DNA of 64,000 nucleotides from an uncultured Lachnospiraceae bacterium (GTDB lineage Bacteria; Bacillota; Clostridia; Lachnospirales; Lachnospiraceae), in assembly GCA_945929965.1 (NCBI GenBank), contig CAMEOT010000003.1, positions 6,670-70,669 of the forward strand, in the 5' to 3' direction. How positions within the stretch are numbered: the stretch's first letter is position 1; every line of letters begins with the position of its first letter. The notes below the pieces were generated by a model, which was given only the letters and a program-made list of their open reading frames with translations, was not told the origin of the DNA and made no database searches. Below are positions 25,737 through 36,062 of the stretch, in pieces. A program made the position numbers and the translations under genes.

Positions 25737-28655
25737 ATGAGAGTAGAAGATTTATCCACATACGAGATCATAGAGAAACGGCAGATCCCGGATATCAACA
25801 GCGTGACCTATCTGTGTCGTCATAAGAAGACCGGAGCAAGAGTGGCACTGGTATCCAATGACGACGAAAACAAAGTATTTTACATCGGTTTCCGTACCAC
25901 CCCGAAGGACTCCACCGGCGTGGCACATATCCTGGAGCACTCCGTATTATGCGGCTCGAAGGAATTCCCGGTGAAGGATCCTTTTGTGGAACTGGTAAAG
26001 GGATCCCTCAATACCTTCTTAAATGCCATGACCTATCCGGACAAAACCGTATACCCTGTGGCAAGCTGCAATGACAAGGATTTCCAGAACCTGATGCATG
26101 TCTATCTGGATGCCGTATTTTACCCGAACATTTATAAAAACGAATCCATTTTCCGGCAGGAAGGCTGGCATTATGAGCTGGAAGGTGACGAGGAAGAGAT
26201 GAAGGTCAACGGTGTTGTCTACAATGAGATGAAGGGAGCATTTTCCTCTCCGGACGATGTGCTGGAGAGGGAGATCATGAACTCTCTGTATCCTCATACC
26301 ACCTATGGCTGTGAGTCCGGAGGTGACCCGGAGGTGATCCCGGAGCTGACGTATGAAGAGTTCCTGGATTTCCACCGGAAGTTCTATCATCCCTCCAACA
26401 GCTATATCTATCTCTACGGTAACATGGATATGGCGGAGAAGCTGACCTTTATCGACGAACATTATCTGTCGGCTTACGATGCTCTTAAGGTGGATTCCGA
26501 AGTGACCGAGGAGCCGGCTTTCGATAAGCCCGGCCGTATCGTCAGAGACTGTCCCATCGGCGAGGGAGAGGATGAAGAAGAGAATACCTATCTGTCCCAG
26601 AACTTCTGCGTCGGTGACAGCCTGGATCCGAAGCTCTACATTGCATTTCAGATCCTGGATTATGCGCTGTGCTCCGCACCGGGTGCACCCTTAAAGCAGG
26701 CGCTGGTAGACCGCGGCATAGGCAAGGATGTTTACAGCATTTACGAGAACGGTATCCGTCAGCCATATTTCAGTGTCGTGGCGAAGGACACTTCCGTAGA
26801 AAAAGAACAGGAATTTTTACAGGTAACAGAAGAAGTACTAAAGAAGCTGGTAGCGGAAGGCTTCGACGAGAAGGCATTGCTTGCCGGTATCAATTACTAC
26901 GAATTCAAATACAGAGAGGCAGATTTCGGCTCCTATCCCAAGGGACTGATGTACGGCTTACAGGTGCTGGACAGCTGGCTGTATGATGACAGACTGCCGT
27001 TCATTCATATCGAGGCGAACGATACCTTTGCGGAGCTTAGAAAGGAAGTTGAGAGTGGATATTTTGAGGGCTTGGTACAAAAATACCTGCTGGACAATAC
27101 GCACCGCAGCGTGGTGATCCTGCAGCCGAAGTTAGGGCTCTTAGAGGAGCAGGAACAGAAGCAACGGGAGAAAATGGCACAGGTGAAAGCCGCCATGAGC
27201 CCTGAGGAGCTGGAAGCTGTAAAAGAGACCTTCCGCAAGCTGACCGAGTTCCAGGAGAGCGAGGATGCAAAGGAGGATCTGGAGAAGATTCCTCTGTTAA
27301 AACGGGAAGATATGAAAAAAGAGGCAAACCTGCCGGTGAACGAAGTGCAGAACATTGGAACTACCACACTTTTGTATCATGATCTGTTTACCAACGGCAT
27401 CGGATATTTGCGTCTGATCTTCAAACTGGATCAGATCCCCGGGAAATATTTCCCGTATATCGGCATCTTAAAAGGCTGCCTGGGACTGTTGAACACGGAG
27501 AATTACGCTTACGGAGATCTGTATAACGAGATGAACCTGGTCACCGGCGGTATGGCTGCGGTGAACAATGTCTACGGTAAATTGCAGGATACGGACCAGT
27601 TTACCCTGACACTGGAACTGAAGACCAAGGTGTTCTACGACCGCATCGCGGAAGCCATTGACCTCATGCGTGAGATCGTCATGACCAGTGATTTCACGGA
27701 TACCAAGCGTCTCTATGAGATTCTGGCGGAAGGAAAGTCCCGCATGCAGGCACAGATGACCTCCGGCGGACACAGCGTGGCAGCCGGAAGAGCTCTGTCC
27801 TACGGCAGTATTCCCGGAGCTGTCAGCGAAGAGATTTCCGGTATTCCGTTCTACCGCCTGATTACCGATCTGGAAGCACATTTTGACGAGAAAAAAGAAG
27901 AACTGGTGGAGATCTTACAGACTTTGTTAAAAATGATCTTCCGTCCGGAGAATCTTATGGTGGATTTCGTCGGTGAAGAGAAGGCAGTGGGACTTTTGGA
28001 TGCCCCGGTGGGAGCTTTCAAGGCAGCACTCTATACCGAATCTGTGGAAAAAGAACATTATATCCCCGAAGTCTCCCGGAAGAACGAAGGTTTCTTAACC
28101 TCCGGTCAGGTCAATTATGTATGCCGTGCCGGTAATTTCCGCAAGAGCGGTCTCAAATATACCGGAGCTTTGCGGGTACTGAAGGTGATGATGGGGTATG
28201 AGTATCTGTGGGTCAATGTCCGGGTAAAGGGCGGTGCCTACGGCTGTATGTGCAGTTTCGGCAGATCCGGTGACAGTTACTTTGTCTCCTACAGAGATCC
28301 GAACCTAGGAAGAACCATTGATATTTATGAAAAGGCAGCGGATGCTATCACAGAATTTACTGCGGATGAACGTACCATGACCCAGTATATCATCGGTGCG
28401 GTCAGTGATCTGGATGTGCCCATGAATCCGGCAGCGAAGGGTCTGTATTCCTTAAGTGCCTATATGACGGGACTGGACAATGCCGCATTGCAGAGAGAAC
28501 GTGACGAACTGCTGTCCGCTACCGTAGAAGATATCCGGGCACTGTCCGCGCATATCCGGGCATTTATGCAGGAGGATCTGCTCTGCGTGGTAGGTACGGC
28601 TTCCAAAGTGAAGGAAGAACAGGAGAGATTCCTGAAAGTGGAAAATCTCTTTTAA
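25737..28655 (+). CDS. M16-family (insulinase / PreP-like) zinc metallopeptidase
   Basis: 972 aa with the inverted zinc motif HILEHSVLCGS (HxxEH) near the N-terminus and PreP-like length. SD AGGAG is upstream. Confidence 0.9.
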   Translation: MRVEDLSTYEIIEKRQIPDINSVTYLCRHKKTGARVALVSNDDENKVFYIGFRTTPKDSTGVAHILEHSVLCGSKEFPVKDPFVELVKGSLNTFLNAMTYPDKTVYPVASCNDKDFQNLMHVYLDAVFYPNIYKNESIFRQEGWHYELEGDEEEMKVNGVVYNEMKGAFSSPDDVLEREIMNSLYPHTTYGCESGGDPEVIPELTYEEFLDFHRKFYHPSNSYIYLYGNMDMAEKLTFIDEHYLSAYDALKVDSEVTEEPAFDKPGRIVRDCPIGEGEDEEENTYLSQNFCVGDSLDPKLYIAFQILDYALCSAPGAPLKQALVDRGIGKDVYSIYENGIRQPYFSVVAKDTSVEKEQEFLQVTEEVLKKLVAEGFDEKALLAGINYYEFKYREADFGSYPKGLMYGLQVLDSWLYDDRLPFIHIEANDTFAELRKEVESGYFEGLVQKYLLDNTHRSVVILQPKLGLLEEQEQKQREKMAQVKAAMSPEELEAVKETFRKLTEFQESEDAKEDLEKIPLLKREDMKKEANLPVNEVQNIGTTTLLYHDLFTNGIGYLRLIFKLDQIPGKYFPYIGILKGCLGLLNTENYAYGDLYNEMNLVTGGMAAVNNVYGKLQDTDQFTLTLELKTKVFYDRIAEAIDLMREIVMTSDFTDTKRLYEILAEGKSRMQAQMTSGGHSVAAGRALSYGSIPGAVSEEISGIPFYRLITDLEAHFDEKKEELVEILQTLLKMIFRPENLMVDFVGEEKAVGLLDAPVGAFKAALYTESVEKEHYIPEVSRKNEGFLTSGQVNYVCRAGNFRKSGLKYTGALRVLKVMMGYEYLWVNVRVKGGAYGCMCSFGRSGDSYFVSYRDPNLGRTIDIYEKAADAITEFTADERTMTQYIIGAVSDLDVPMNPAAKGLYSLSAYMTGLDNAALQRERDELLSATVEDIRALSAHIRAFMQEDLLCVVGTASKVKEEQERFLKVENLF

Positions 28656-28779
28656 AAAATCAAATTAAGAAAGAACTTCTGTGAGAATATTTCGTTTATA
28701 GGGGTGAAACAACAAAATGTCAACAGCAGACGGAAACTCCGGGCAGCCGGAAGCACCCGTCCGCGGAACGGAGAGGGTT

Positions 28780-29871
28780 ATGAAAAAACGAAATTTTGAA
28801 ACAAGAATGATAACAGGATTACTTACTGCCGGCATGATATTGTCCCTGACAGCCTGCGGCAGTTCGGCAGGCAGCAAATACGGCATCAGTGATCTGATGG
28901 ATGCGGATTTTGCGGTAGCAAATCAATCGGAAGCAGCTATTGCGGATTCTTCTTATGATAGCTCTTATGACAGTGGATTCGGCATGACGGAGAACAGTTC
29001 CGGCGCGGAGACTACGGTGTCTGAAGAAGGTGCGGCAGCCGTGACTGCCACAGAGCGGAAGCTGATCAAAAACGTGGATATGGATGTGGAGACCAGAGAA
29101 TATGATAAGCTTCTTTCAGCCGTGCAGAACAAGGTGACGGAGCTCGGCGGATACATAGAAAACATGGATGCCTATAACGGCAGTACCTATTACGGTTATC
29201 GGGCTACCCGGAATGCTAACCTGACCATCCGCATCCCGAAGGACCGGCTGGATGATTTCCTGGATACCGTATCCGATCTGGGCAATGTGACGAATCGTTC
29301 GGAGAATGTGCAGGATGTGACATTGACCTATGTGGACCTGCAAAGCCACAGAGATGCCCTGCAGACAGAGCAGGAGAGACTGCTGCAACTTTTGGAGCAG
29401 GCAGAGAGCGTGGAAGATATTATCACCATCGAGCAGCGTCTGTCCGATGTGAGATACCAGTTGGAGAGCATGGAATCCCAGCTGCGCAGCTATGATAATC
29501 AGGTTGACTACAGCACCGTCAGCCTTTATATTGATGAAGTGGAGGTCTATACTCCGGTGGAGGAAGAGACCACATGGGAACGAATCTGCGCAGGATTTAT
29601 GGATAGCTTAAAGAGCATCGGCGAAGGCATTAAGGAAGCAGCCATCTGGTTTGTAATTAATATCCCTTATCTGGTGATCTGGGCAGTGGTGATCCTCATT
29701 ATCATCCTGGTCCTGAAAAAGATTAAAAAGCGCACAAAACGTATCCGTGCGGAAGAGCAGAAGAAATTCGCCGAAGAAGAAGCAAAAATGCAGAAAACAT
29801 TGCAGAATATAACTGATACCGCAAAAACAGAGAATACGGAACAGATAAAAACACAAGAACAGGAGAAATAG
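28780..29871 (+). CDS. DUF4349-like lipoprotein with C-terminal TM helix
   Basis: ATG 28780 follows GGAGAGGG. Lipobox is MILSLTAC/GSS. The core reads RKLIKNVDMDVETREYD...NLTIRIPKDRLDDFLD...LTYVDLQSHRDALQTEQERL. A C-terminal TM helix and a Lys/Glu-rich tail follow. Confidence 0.72.
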   Translation: MKKRNFETRMITGLLTAGMILSLTACGSSAGSKYGISDLMDADFAVANQSEAAIADSSYDSSYDSGFGMTENSSGAETTVSEEGAAAVTATERKLIKNVDMDVETREYDKLLSAVQNKVTELGGYIENMDAYNGSTYYGYRATRNANLTIRIPKDRLDDFLDTVSDLGNVTNRSENVQDVTLTYVDLQSHRDALQTEQERLLQLLEQAESVEDIITIEQRLSDVRYQLESMESQLRSYDNQVDYSTVSLYIDEVEVYTPVEEETTWERICAGFMDSLKSIGEGIKEAAIWFVINIPYLVIWAVVILIIILVLKKIKKRTKRIRAEEQKKFAEEEAKMQKTLQNITDTAKTENTEQIKTQEQEK

Positions 29872-29874
29872 AAA

Positions 29875-30792
29875 ATGAACGAAAATCCGGCATACAAATC
29901 CGGCTTTGCCACACTGATCGGACGTCCCAATGTAGGTAAGTCCACTTTGATGAACCGACTGATCGGACAGAAGATCGCCATCACATCCAACAAACCGCAG
30001 ACCACCCGTAACCGTATCCAGACGGTACTGACCCTGGAAGAGGGACAGATCGTATTCCTGGATACCCCCGGTATCCACAAGGCGAAAAACAAACTGGGCG
30101 ATTATATGGTGAATGTTGCGGAGCATACATTAAATGACGTGGATGTGATTCTGTGGCTGGTGGAGCCCACGAATTTCATCGGTGCCGGAGAACGTCATAT
30201 TATCGAACAACTGAAGAAGACCAAGACGCCTGTAATCCTGGTCATTAATAAGACGGACACTGTGAAAAAGGACGATATTCTGGCATTCATTGATACCTAC
30301 CGCAAGGAACTGGATTTCCAGGAGATCGTCCCGGTATCCGCATTAAAGGGTGACAACACAGATGTACTGATCCAGTGCATTTTGAAATATCTGCCCTACG
30401 GTCCGGCATTTTACGATGAGGATACCATCACCGATCAGCCCATGCGCCAGATCGTGGCGGAACTGATCAGAGAGAAGGCACTTCGGCTTTTATCCGAAGA
30501 AATTCCTCACGGTATTGCCGTAACAGTGGAAAGTATGAAAGAGAGAGGCAATATCTGCGACATCGAGGCGACCATTATCTGCGAGAGAGATTCCCATAAG
30601 GGCATCATCATCGGCAAGGGTGGACAGATGCTGAAAAAGATCGGTTCCCAGGCACGCCCGGAGATCGAGGATATGCTGGAAATGAAGGTCAATTTACAGC
30701 TCTGGGTGAAGGTGAAGAAGGACTGGAGAGACAGCGACATCTTACTCAAAAACTTCGGTTATAATCCGAAAGACATCGAGATGGGCGAATAG
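29875..30792 (+). CDS. era: GTPase Era
   Basis: G1 GRPNVGKST, G3 DTPG and G4 NKTD motifs, with a C-terminal KH domain (VERDSHKGIIIGKGG pattern). Confidence 0.95.
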   Translation: MNENPAYKSGFATLIGRPNVGKSTLMNRLIGQKIAITSNKPQTTRNRIQTVLTLEEGQIVFLDTPGIHKAKNKLGDYMVNVAEHTLNDVDVILWLVEPTNFIGAGERHIIEQLKKTKTPVILVINKTDTVKKDDILAFIDTYRKELDFQEIVPVSALKGDNTDVLIQCILKYLPYGPAFYDEDTITDQPMRQIVAELIREKALRLLSEEIPHGIAVTVESMKERGNICDIEATIICERDSHKGIIIGKGGQMLKKIGSQARPEIEDMLEMKVNLQLWVKVKKDWRDSDILLKNFGYNPKDIEMGE

Positions 30793-30868
30793 AAAAACAA
30801 AATTTGCAGACCCTATTTTTACAGAGGATAACACGCTGATAAACTGATAAAAGAGGGGGATGCGTAGG

Positions 30869-31063
30869 ATGCAGTTCATAAATTACTGGCAGCAATTTGA
30901 ACATACCGGCAAAGTGGAGGATTACCTGAGTTACCTGCAAAGTGTGGGGAAGGAGAAGCCTCCGGCTACGGAAGGCGGCAGACATGCGGTGGACTGCAGG
31001 GCGGAAGGATGTACAGACCTTGACGCCGGGGAGGGCGGATCATGCAGGAATCCCTGTATGTAA
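30869..31063 (+). CDS. yqzL: YqzL-family small protein
   Basis: MQFINYWQQFEHTGKVEDYLSYLQ resembles the YqzL N-terminus. The position between era and recO matches Bacillus synteny. AGAGGGGGA is about 9 nt upstream of ATG 30869. The 3' end overlaps the recO start. Confidence 0.5.
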   Translation: MQFINYWQQFEHTGKVEDYLSYLQSVGKEKPPATEGGRHAVDCRAEGCTDLDAGEGGSCRNPCM

Positions 31064-31692
31064 CAGGAATTGTATTAAAACAGACACCGTTCGGTGAATA
31101 TGACAGGATTGTGAGCCTGCTTACCAGAGAAAAAGGGAAGATCACTGCTTTTGCCAGAGGGGCGAGAAAGCCGGGCAACCGGCTGGCGGCAGCGACCAAC
31201 CCTTTTGCTTTTGGTACCTTTCGTCTGTATGAGGGAAGGAATTCCTATACCATATCGGAAGCGGATATTAAGAACTATTTTGAAGAACTGATGACGGACT
31301 ATGTGGGAGCCTGCTACGGCATGTATTTCGCGGAAGTGGCAGATTATTACTGCAGAGAGAACAATGATGAGCGGGAAATGATGAAACTTTTGTACCAGTC
31401 GCTGAGAGCCTTGTGCGCACCGGCTCTTCCCAACGAACTGATACGCAGTATTTTTGAACTGAAATCCATCGCGGTGAACGGAGAATATCCGGGAGCGCCC
31501 GAAGGCAGGAGTCTGGAAGAATCTACATTGTATGCGCTGAACTACATAGCGGAGAGCCCCGTGGAGAAACTGTATACTTTTACCGTATCGGACAAAGTTC
31601 TGTCAGAACTTTCACAAATTGCATCGGAATATCGCAGGCGTTTCATGGACAGGTCGTTCAAAAGTCTTGAAATACTGAAAACTCTATGTTAA
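31042..31692 (+). CDS. recO: DNA repair protein RecO
   Basis: 216 aa. The N-terminal OB-fold pattern is GIVLKQTPFGEYDRIVSLLTREKGKITAFARGARK. It lies downstream of era. Confidence 0.9.
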   Translation: MQESLYVTGIVLKQTPFGEYDRIVSLLTREKGKITAFARGARKPGNRLAAATNPFAFGTFRLYEGRNSYTISEADIKNYFEELMTDYVGACYGMYFAEVADYYCRENNDEREMMKLLYQSLRALCAPALPNELIRSIFELKSIAVNGEYPGAPEGRSLEESTLYALNYIAESPVEKLYTFTVSDKVLSELSQIASEYRRRFMDRSFKSLEILKTLC

Positions 31693-31730
31693 AATCGGTT
31701 ATGGCTGATGCCAAAAAAGGAGACTCATTT

Positions 31731-32363
31731 ATGAGGCAGAATAGAATAAAAAAATGTCTTACGGCAGTATTGTCGGGAATCCTTGTACTGTCCTTAAGCG
31801 GCTGCGGTCAGACCGCGAAGCTTCCCGAGGAGGTCGTGAATACGTCTCTGGTGGTGGAGAAGGATGGGAAAGTGATCTCTTACCTGGTCAATACCTTCGA
31901 TAAAGATTTCTACAGTTTAGACGGACTGGAAGAGATGGTGAAAAACGAGGCAGAAGAGTTCAATGCCACACACACGGATACACCGGAAGAGGCAATGACG
32001 GTGAAGGCGGTACAGACTTTGGGTGACGGAGCCATGGTGCAGGTCGTGCAGGAATTTGACAGTGCGGACAGCTATGCCGAATATAACGAACAGGATCTGT
32101 TCTACGGAACCAGAGTGGAAGCGCTGGCGCAGGGGAATCCTGTGAATATGGAACTGGTGAATGCAGCGGACGGCACTCCGGCAGATCCGGATAAGCTGGA
32201 GAAAGTACTGGAGAAGGGATACCTGATCATCACGAATGCCAGTGCATACATTTATTGTCCATACCCAGTACTGTATATCAGTGAGGGCGTGGTCATGGGT
32301 GAGGATGGCTATGTGGATGCCTCCCAGTCCGATGGTGTCGTTACGATACTGATGAAAAAGTAG
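31731..32363 (+). CDS. Hypothetical lipoprotein
   Basis: ATG 31731 follows AGGAG. Lipobox is ILVLSLSGC/GQ. No family was recognised. Confidence 0.62.
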   Translation: MRQNRIKKCLTAVLSGILVLSLSGCGQTAKLPEEVVNTSLVVEKDGKVISYLVNTFDKDFYSLDGLEEMVKNEAEEFNATHTDTPEEAMTVKAVQTLGDGAMVQVVQEFDSADSYAEYNEQDLFYGTRVEALAQGNPVNMELVNAADGTPADPDKLEKVLEKGYLIITNASAYIYCPYPVLYISEGVVMGEDGYVDASQSDGVVTILMKK

Positions 32364-32411
32364 GTTATACAGCAATACAAATATATAGAGTAAGAAAGGT
32401 TTGGTACTGAC

Positions 32412-33800
32412 ATGGAAAAGACAATGGAGAAGATCGTAGCTCTGGCAAAAGCAAGAGGTTTTGTATATCCCGGTTCCGAGATCTACGGCGGACTGGCAAA
32501 TACCTGGGATTACGGTAACCTTGGTGTGGAGCTGAAGAATAATGTGAAAAAGGCATGGTGGCAGAAGTTCGTGCAGGAGAGCCCTTACAATGTAGGTGTG
32601 GACTGTGCGATCCTGATGAATCCCCAGACCTGGGTAGCCAGCGGACATCTGGGCGGCTTCTCCGATCCTCTGATGGATTGTAAGGAGTGTCATGAGCGTT
32701 TTCGCGCAGATAAGCTGATCGAAGATTTCTGCGAGGAGAACGGTATCGCCATCGAAGGCAGCGTGGATGGATGGAGCCAGGAAGAGATGAAGAATTTCAT
32801 CGAGGAGCATAATGTTCCCTGTCCTACCTGCGGCAAGCACAATTTTACCGACATCCGTCAGTTCAACCTGATGTTCAAGACTTTCCAGGGAGTTACCGAG
32901 GATGCTAAAAATACCGTATACTTAAGACCCGAGACCGCACAGGGTATTTTCGTTAACTTTAAAAATGTACAGAGAACTTCCCGTAAGAAGATTCCTTTCG
33001 GTATCGGACAGATCGGTAAGTCCTTCCGTAACGAGATCACTCCCGGTAACTTTACGTTCCGTACCAGAGAGTTCGAACAGATGGAGCTTGAGTTCTTCTG
33101 TGAGCCCGGTACTGATATGGAGTGGTTCCAGTACTGGAGAGGTTTCTGCCGTGACTGGCTTTTGTCCTTAGGTATCAAGGAAGATGAGATGAGACTTCGT
33201 GATCATTCTCCCGAGGAACTGTGCTTCTACAGTAAGGGAACTACCGATATCGAGTTCCTGTTCCCCTTCGGCTGGGGTGAACTGTGGGGTATTGCGGACA
33301 GAACCGATTACGATCTGACCCAGCATGCCAATACTTCCGGTGAGGATATGTCTTACTTCGATGATGAGAAGAAGGAGAAATATATTCCTTACGTTATCGA
33401 GCCTTCTCTGGGAGCAGACAGAGTGGTACTGGCATTCCTGTGTGCAGCTTATGATGAGGAAGAGTTAGAGGGCGGCGATATGCGTACCGTACTTCGTTTC
33501 CATCCCGCACTGGCACCTGTGAAGATCGGTGTACTGCCTCTGTCCAAGAAGCTGAACGAGGGCGCAGAGAAGATCTACGCAGAACTTTCCAAGAAATATA
33601 ACTGTGAATTTGATGACAGAGGAAATATCGGTAAAAGATATCGTCGTCAGGATGAGATCGGCACTCCTTTCTGCGTAACTTATGACTTTGATTCTGAGAC
33701 AGATGGTTGCGTAACCGTGCGTTTCCGTGATTCCATGGAGCAGGAGCGCGTAGCGATCGCTGATCTGGATGCTTATTTTGCAGATAAGTTTACATTTTAA
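32412..33800 (+). CDS. glyQS: Glycine--tRNA ligase (homodimeric GlyQS type)
   Basis: 462 aa with N-terminus [31 protein letters not shown], class II motifs, and a C-terminal anticodon-binding domain. Confidence 0.95.
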   Translation: MEKTMEKIVALAKARGFVYPGSEIYGGLANTWDYGNLGVELKNNVKKAWWQKFVQESPYNVGVDCAILMNPQTWVASGHLGGFSDPLMDCKECHERFRADKLIEDFCEENGIAIEGSVDGWSQEEMKNFIEEHNVPCPTCGKHNFTDIRQFNLMFKTFQGVTEDAKNTVYLRPETAQGIFVNFKNVQRTSRKKIPFGIGQIGKSFRNEITPGNFTFRTREFEQMELEFFCEPGTDMEWFQYWRGFCRDWLLSLGIKEDEMRLRDHSPEELCFYSKGTTDIEFLFPFGWGELWGIADRTDYDLTQHANTSGEDMSYFDDEKKEKYIPYVIEPSLGADRVVLAFLCAAYDEEELEGGDMRTVLRFHPALAPVKIGVLPLSKKLNEGAEKIYAELSKKYNCEFDDRGNIGKRYRRQDEIGTPFCVTYDFDSETDGCVTVRFRDSMEQERVAIADLDAYFADKFTF

Positions 33801-33824
33801 GAGAGCTTTTTAGATGTGAAATCA

Positions 33825-33855
33825 GGAGCAGAAGGTATTCTGCTCCCTTTTTCTT
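33825..33855 (+). terminator. Rho-independent terminator after glyQS
   Basis: GGAGCAGAA (33825-33833), loop GGTA, TTCTGCTCC (33838-33846), then CTTTTTCTT. Confidence 0.8.
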
Positions 33856-33892
33856 ATGATAATTTTCTTATGATAAAGAACTGACGGAGGGG

Positions 33893-35953
33893 ATGTGGAA
33901 CACAAGTATGAGTAATATTCTGAATCCGGGAAAACACAGAATCGTATTTGCCCTGTTGTTGGCACTCCTGTTGGAAGTGACGGTATTCCAGTACCGGACC
34001 TACCTGACATTGGGAAACGACCCCATCGAGGTGACACCGAAGGTGTACGCGGGTGGTGTGCAGAATGCAGATGGCAGCTTTACCGTCGAGGAGACGTTAA
34101 AGCTTAAGACGGACAATATGGAAGAAGATGTCAACTCTCTGCGGTTGTCATTTTCGATAGAAAACAGTGACAGCAAAGAGGACGCCTATGCTTCTTATGT
34201 AGCCATCTATGCCAGAGACGAAGCCAATGAAGATTATTACATCGTGGGCGAGAGGAATGTCTTAGAAGAGGTTCCTTCCACCGGCGATATGATCCTGCAT
34301 TTGTCCGGAAAAATGCACAGTATTGTGATCATTTTTTCCGCGGAAGAAGGGGAGACGGTACGGGTGAGTGAGATGACGCTGAATCCCCGGATTCCCATGC
34401 GCTTTTCCGTACTTCGTGTTCTGCTTGCCTTCCTGACGATTCTGTGGATATGGCTGGCGGTCTGCCCTGTGGAGAAGAAACCGTATGAAAAAGGGATCCT
34501 GGCGGTGGTGATATTATTACAGATCGGGCTGTTTATCGGAGCGGTCCTGTTAAATCCCATTTACAGGGAAGATGTATGGGAACATCATATGCAGTATCAT
34601 AAGCTGGCGGTGGCACTGAGTGAGGGACATCTGTATTTGGACGATGTACCGCCCGCGTCCCTGCTTACCATGGAGAATCCTTATGATTTTGATTCCCGTA
34701 ACAGAATTTTAGAGAATGCCGGAGAGGAATGTCTGTGGGATGTAGCATATTATCAGGGGGCTTATTATGTGTATTTCGGAGTGGTACCGGTACTGGTATT
34801 TTACCTGCCCTGGTATCTTTTGACAGGTACGGCATTTCCGACCTGGGTGGGCATCCTGATCATCGGGATCCTGCTTATCGGGGGGACGTTCCTGTTTACT
34901 TATGAACTGCGGCGGAAGTATTTTCCAAAAGTTACATTTATGACATGGATCCTTACGACATTAATGATGATCAACGGCTGTGGGGCGCTGACCATTATGC
35001 GGAGACCGGATTTTTACTCCCTGCCGATCCTGATGGGCGTCACATTATCTGTATATGGAATCACATTCTGGCTATCCGCCTTGGAAGAGACAAAAGTGAA
35101 CGGCTGGAAGCTGGCTGCGGGGTGCCTGTGTATGGCACTGGTGGCGGGATGTAGACCTCAGCTTTTGATCGGCTCGTTTTTGATCTTTCCGATTTTTTGG
35201 AATGCTGTATTCGTGAAGCGGCAATTGTTTTCTAAAGACAGTAAAGGGAAAACCCTTGCGGCAATTCTTATGTATGTCCTGATTGCCGCATGTCTGATGA
35301 TTTATAACTACAAAAGATTCGGATCGGTGTTCGACTTCGGAGCTAACTATAACCTGACCACGAATGATATGACGAAGAGAGGCATGGAGCTGGGGAGAAT
35401 CCCCTATGCACTGTTTACTTATCTGTTCCAGCTGCCCGCTGTATCCGCAGCCTTCCCGTACCTTTTAGAGGTCATGCACAAGACCACTTATCTGGGAAAA
35501 ACCATCAGCGAAGGAACCTTTGGCGGATTTTTTGCGGTGAATCTGATCCCCCTTGCAGCATTTATCGTATTGCGGCATAAAATATGGTTTGCGGAGAACG
35601 CAAGGATGACGGAGAGCGCGAAGCGGATGTACGGAATGGCAGGTCTGTCCCTGCTGTTTGGAATTGTGATCGTCATCGCGGATGCGGAAGCAGCGGGGAT
35701 TTTACAGCGGTATTACAGTGACTTTGGCTGGCTGTTTTATATCGGTGGGATCATCTGCTTCTATGCCGCATGGCAGCATAATGTGGAAAGCACCGACAGA
35801 ACAAAGCTGCTTCACATTTTCTTAAATAGCAGCTTCGCCATATGTATGGCTTATAATTTCCTGCTATTGTTCATTGATAACAGTGAGACGCTGATAAGCA
35901 CAGCTCCAGTGAGATTTTATTCCATCTGTCAGCAGCTGGCGTTCTGGAGATAG
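33893..35953 (+). CDS. Large polytopic membrane protein (glycosyltransferase-C/ArnT-like topology), hypothetical
   Basis: 686 aa. One N-terminal TM helix, an extracytoplasmic domain of about 150 aa, then at least 10 hydrophobic helices. The family is not securely recognised. Confidence 0.65.
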   Translation: MWNTSMSNILNPGKHRIVFALLLALLLEVTVFQYRTYLTLGNDPIEVTPKVYAGGVQNADGSFTVEETLKLKTDNMEEDVNSLRLSFSIENSDSKEDAYASYVAIYARDEANEDYYIVGERNVLEEVPSTGDMILHLSGKMHSIVIIFSAEEGETVRVSEMTLNPRIPMRFSVLRVLLAFLTILWIWLAVCPVEKKPYEKGILAVVILLQIGLFIGAVLLNPIYREDVWEHHMQYHKLAVALSEGHLYLDDVPPASLLTMENPYDFDSRNRILENAGEECLWDVAYYQGAYYVYFGVVPVLVFYLPWYLLTGTAFPTWVGILIIGILLIGGTFLFTYELRRKYFPKVTFMTWILTTLMMINGCGALTIMRRPDFYSLPILMGVTLSVYGITFWLSALEETKVNGWKLAAGCLCMALVAGCRPQLLIGSFLIFPIFWNAVFVKRQLFSKDSKGKTLAAILMYVLIAACLMIYNYKRFGSVFDFGANYNLTTNDMTKRGMELGRIPYALFTYLFQLPAVSAAFPYLLEVMHKTTYLGKTISEGTFGGFFAVNLIPLAAFIVLRHKIWFAENARMTESAKRMYGMAGLSLLFGIVIVIADAEAAGILQRYYSDFGWLFYIGGIICFYAAWQHNVESTDRTKLLHIFLNSSFAICMAYNFLLLFIDNSETLISTAPVRFYSICQQLAFWR

Positions 35954-35974
35954 CAGAGGAGTGCCGTTTTATTC

Positions 35975-36003
35975 TTGACGCGGCGAAACGATAACATTAT
36001 AAT
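35975..36003 (+). promoter_or_regulatory. Sigma-A promoter for alaS
   Basis: TTGACG (35975-35980), a 17-nt spacer, TATAAT (35998-36003), about 60 nt before ATG 36063. Confidence 0.5.
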
Positions 36004-36062
36004 GTAGAAATGTAGGTTTATTTTCCGAAAGGTGTAATTATTTAGACAAGGAGACCGAGAGA

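Noticed and set aside
31917-32840. 307-aa minus-strand ORF overlapping the lipoprotein gene and glyQS
   Set aside because: It lies antisense to two well-supported genes, glyQS being unambiguous. It has no SD and an odd Leu/His/Cys-rich composition. It is a typical shadow ORF.
32364-36062. T-box leaders upstream of glyQS and alaS, and an S-box/T-box upstream of the C-S lyase operon at 14170-14249
   Set aside because: The available leaders are only about 48, 60 and 80 nt. That is far too short for T-box or SAM riboswitch architectures, and no specifier or T-box consensus was seen.
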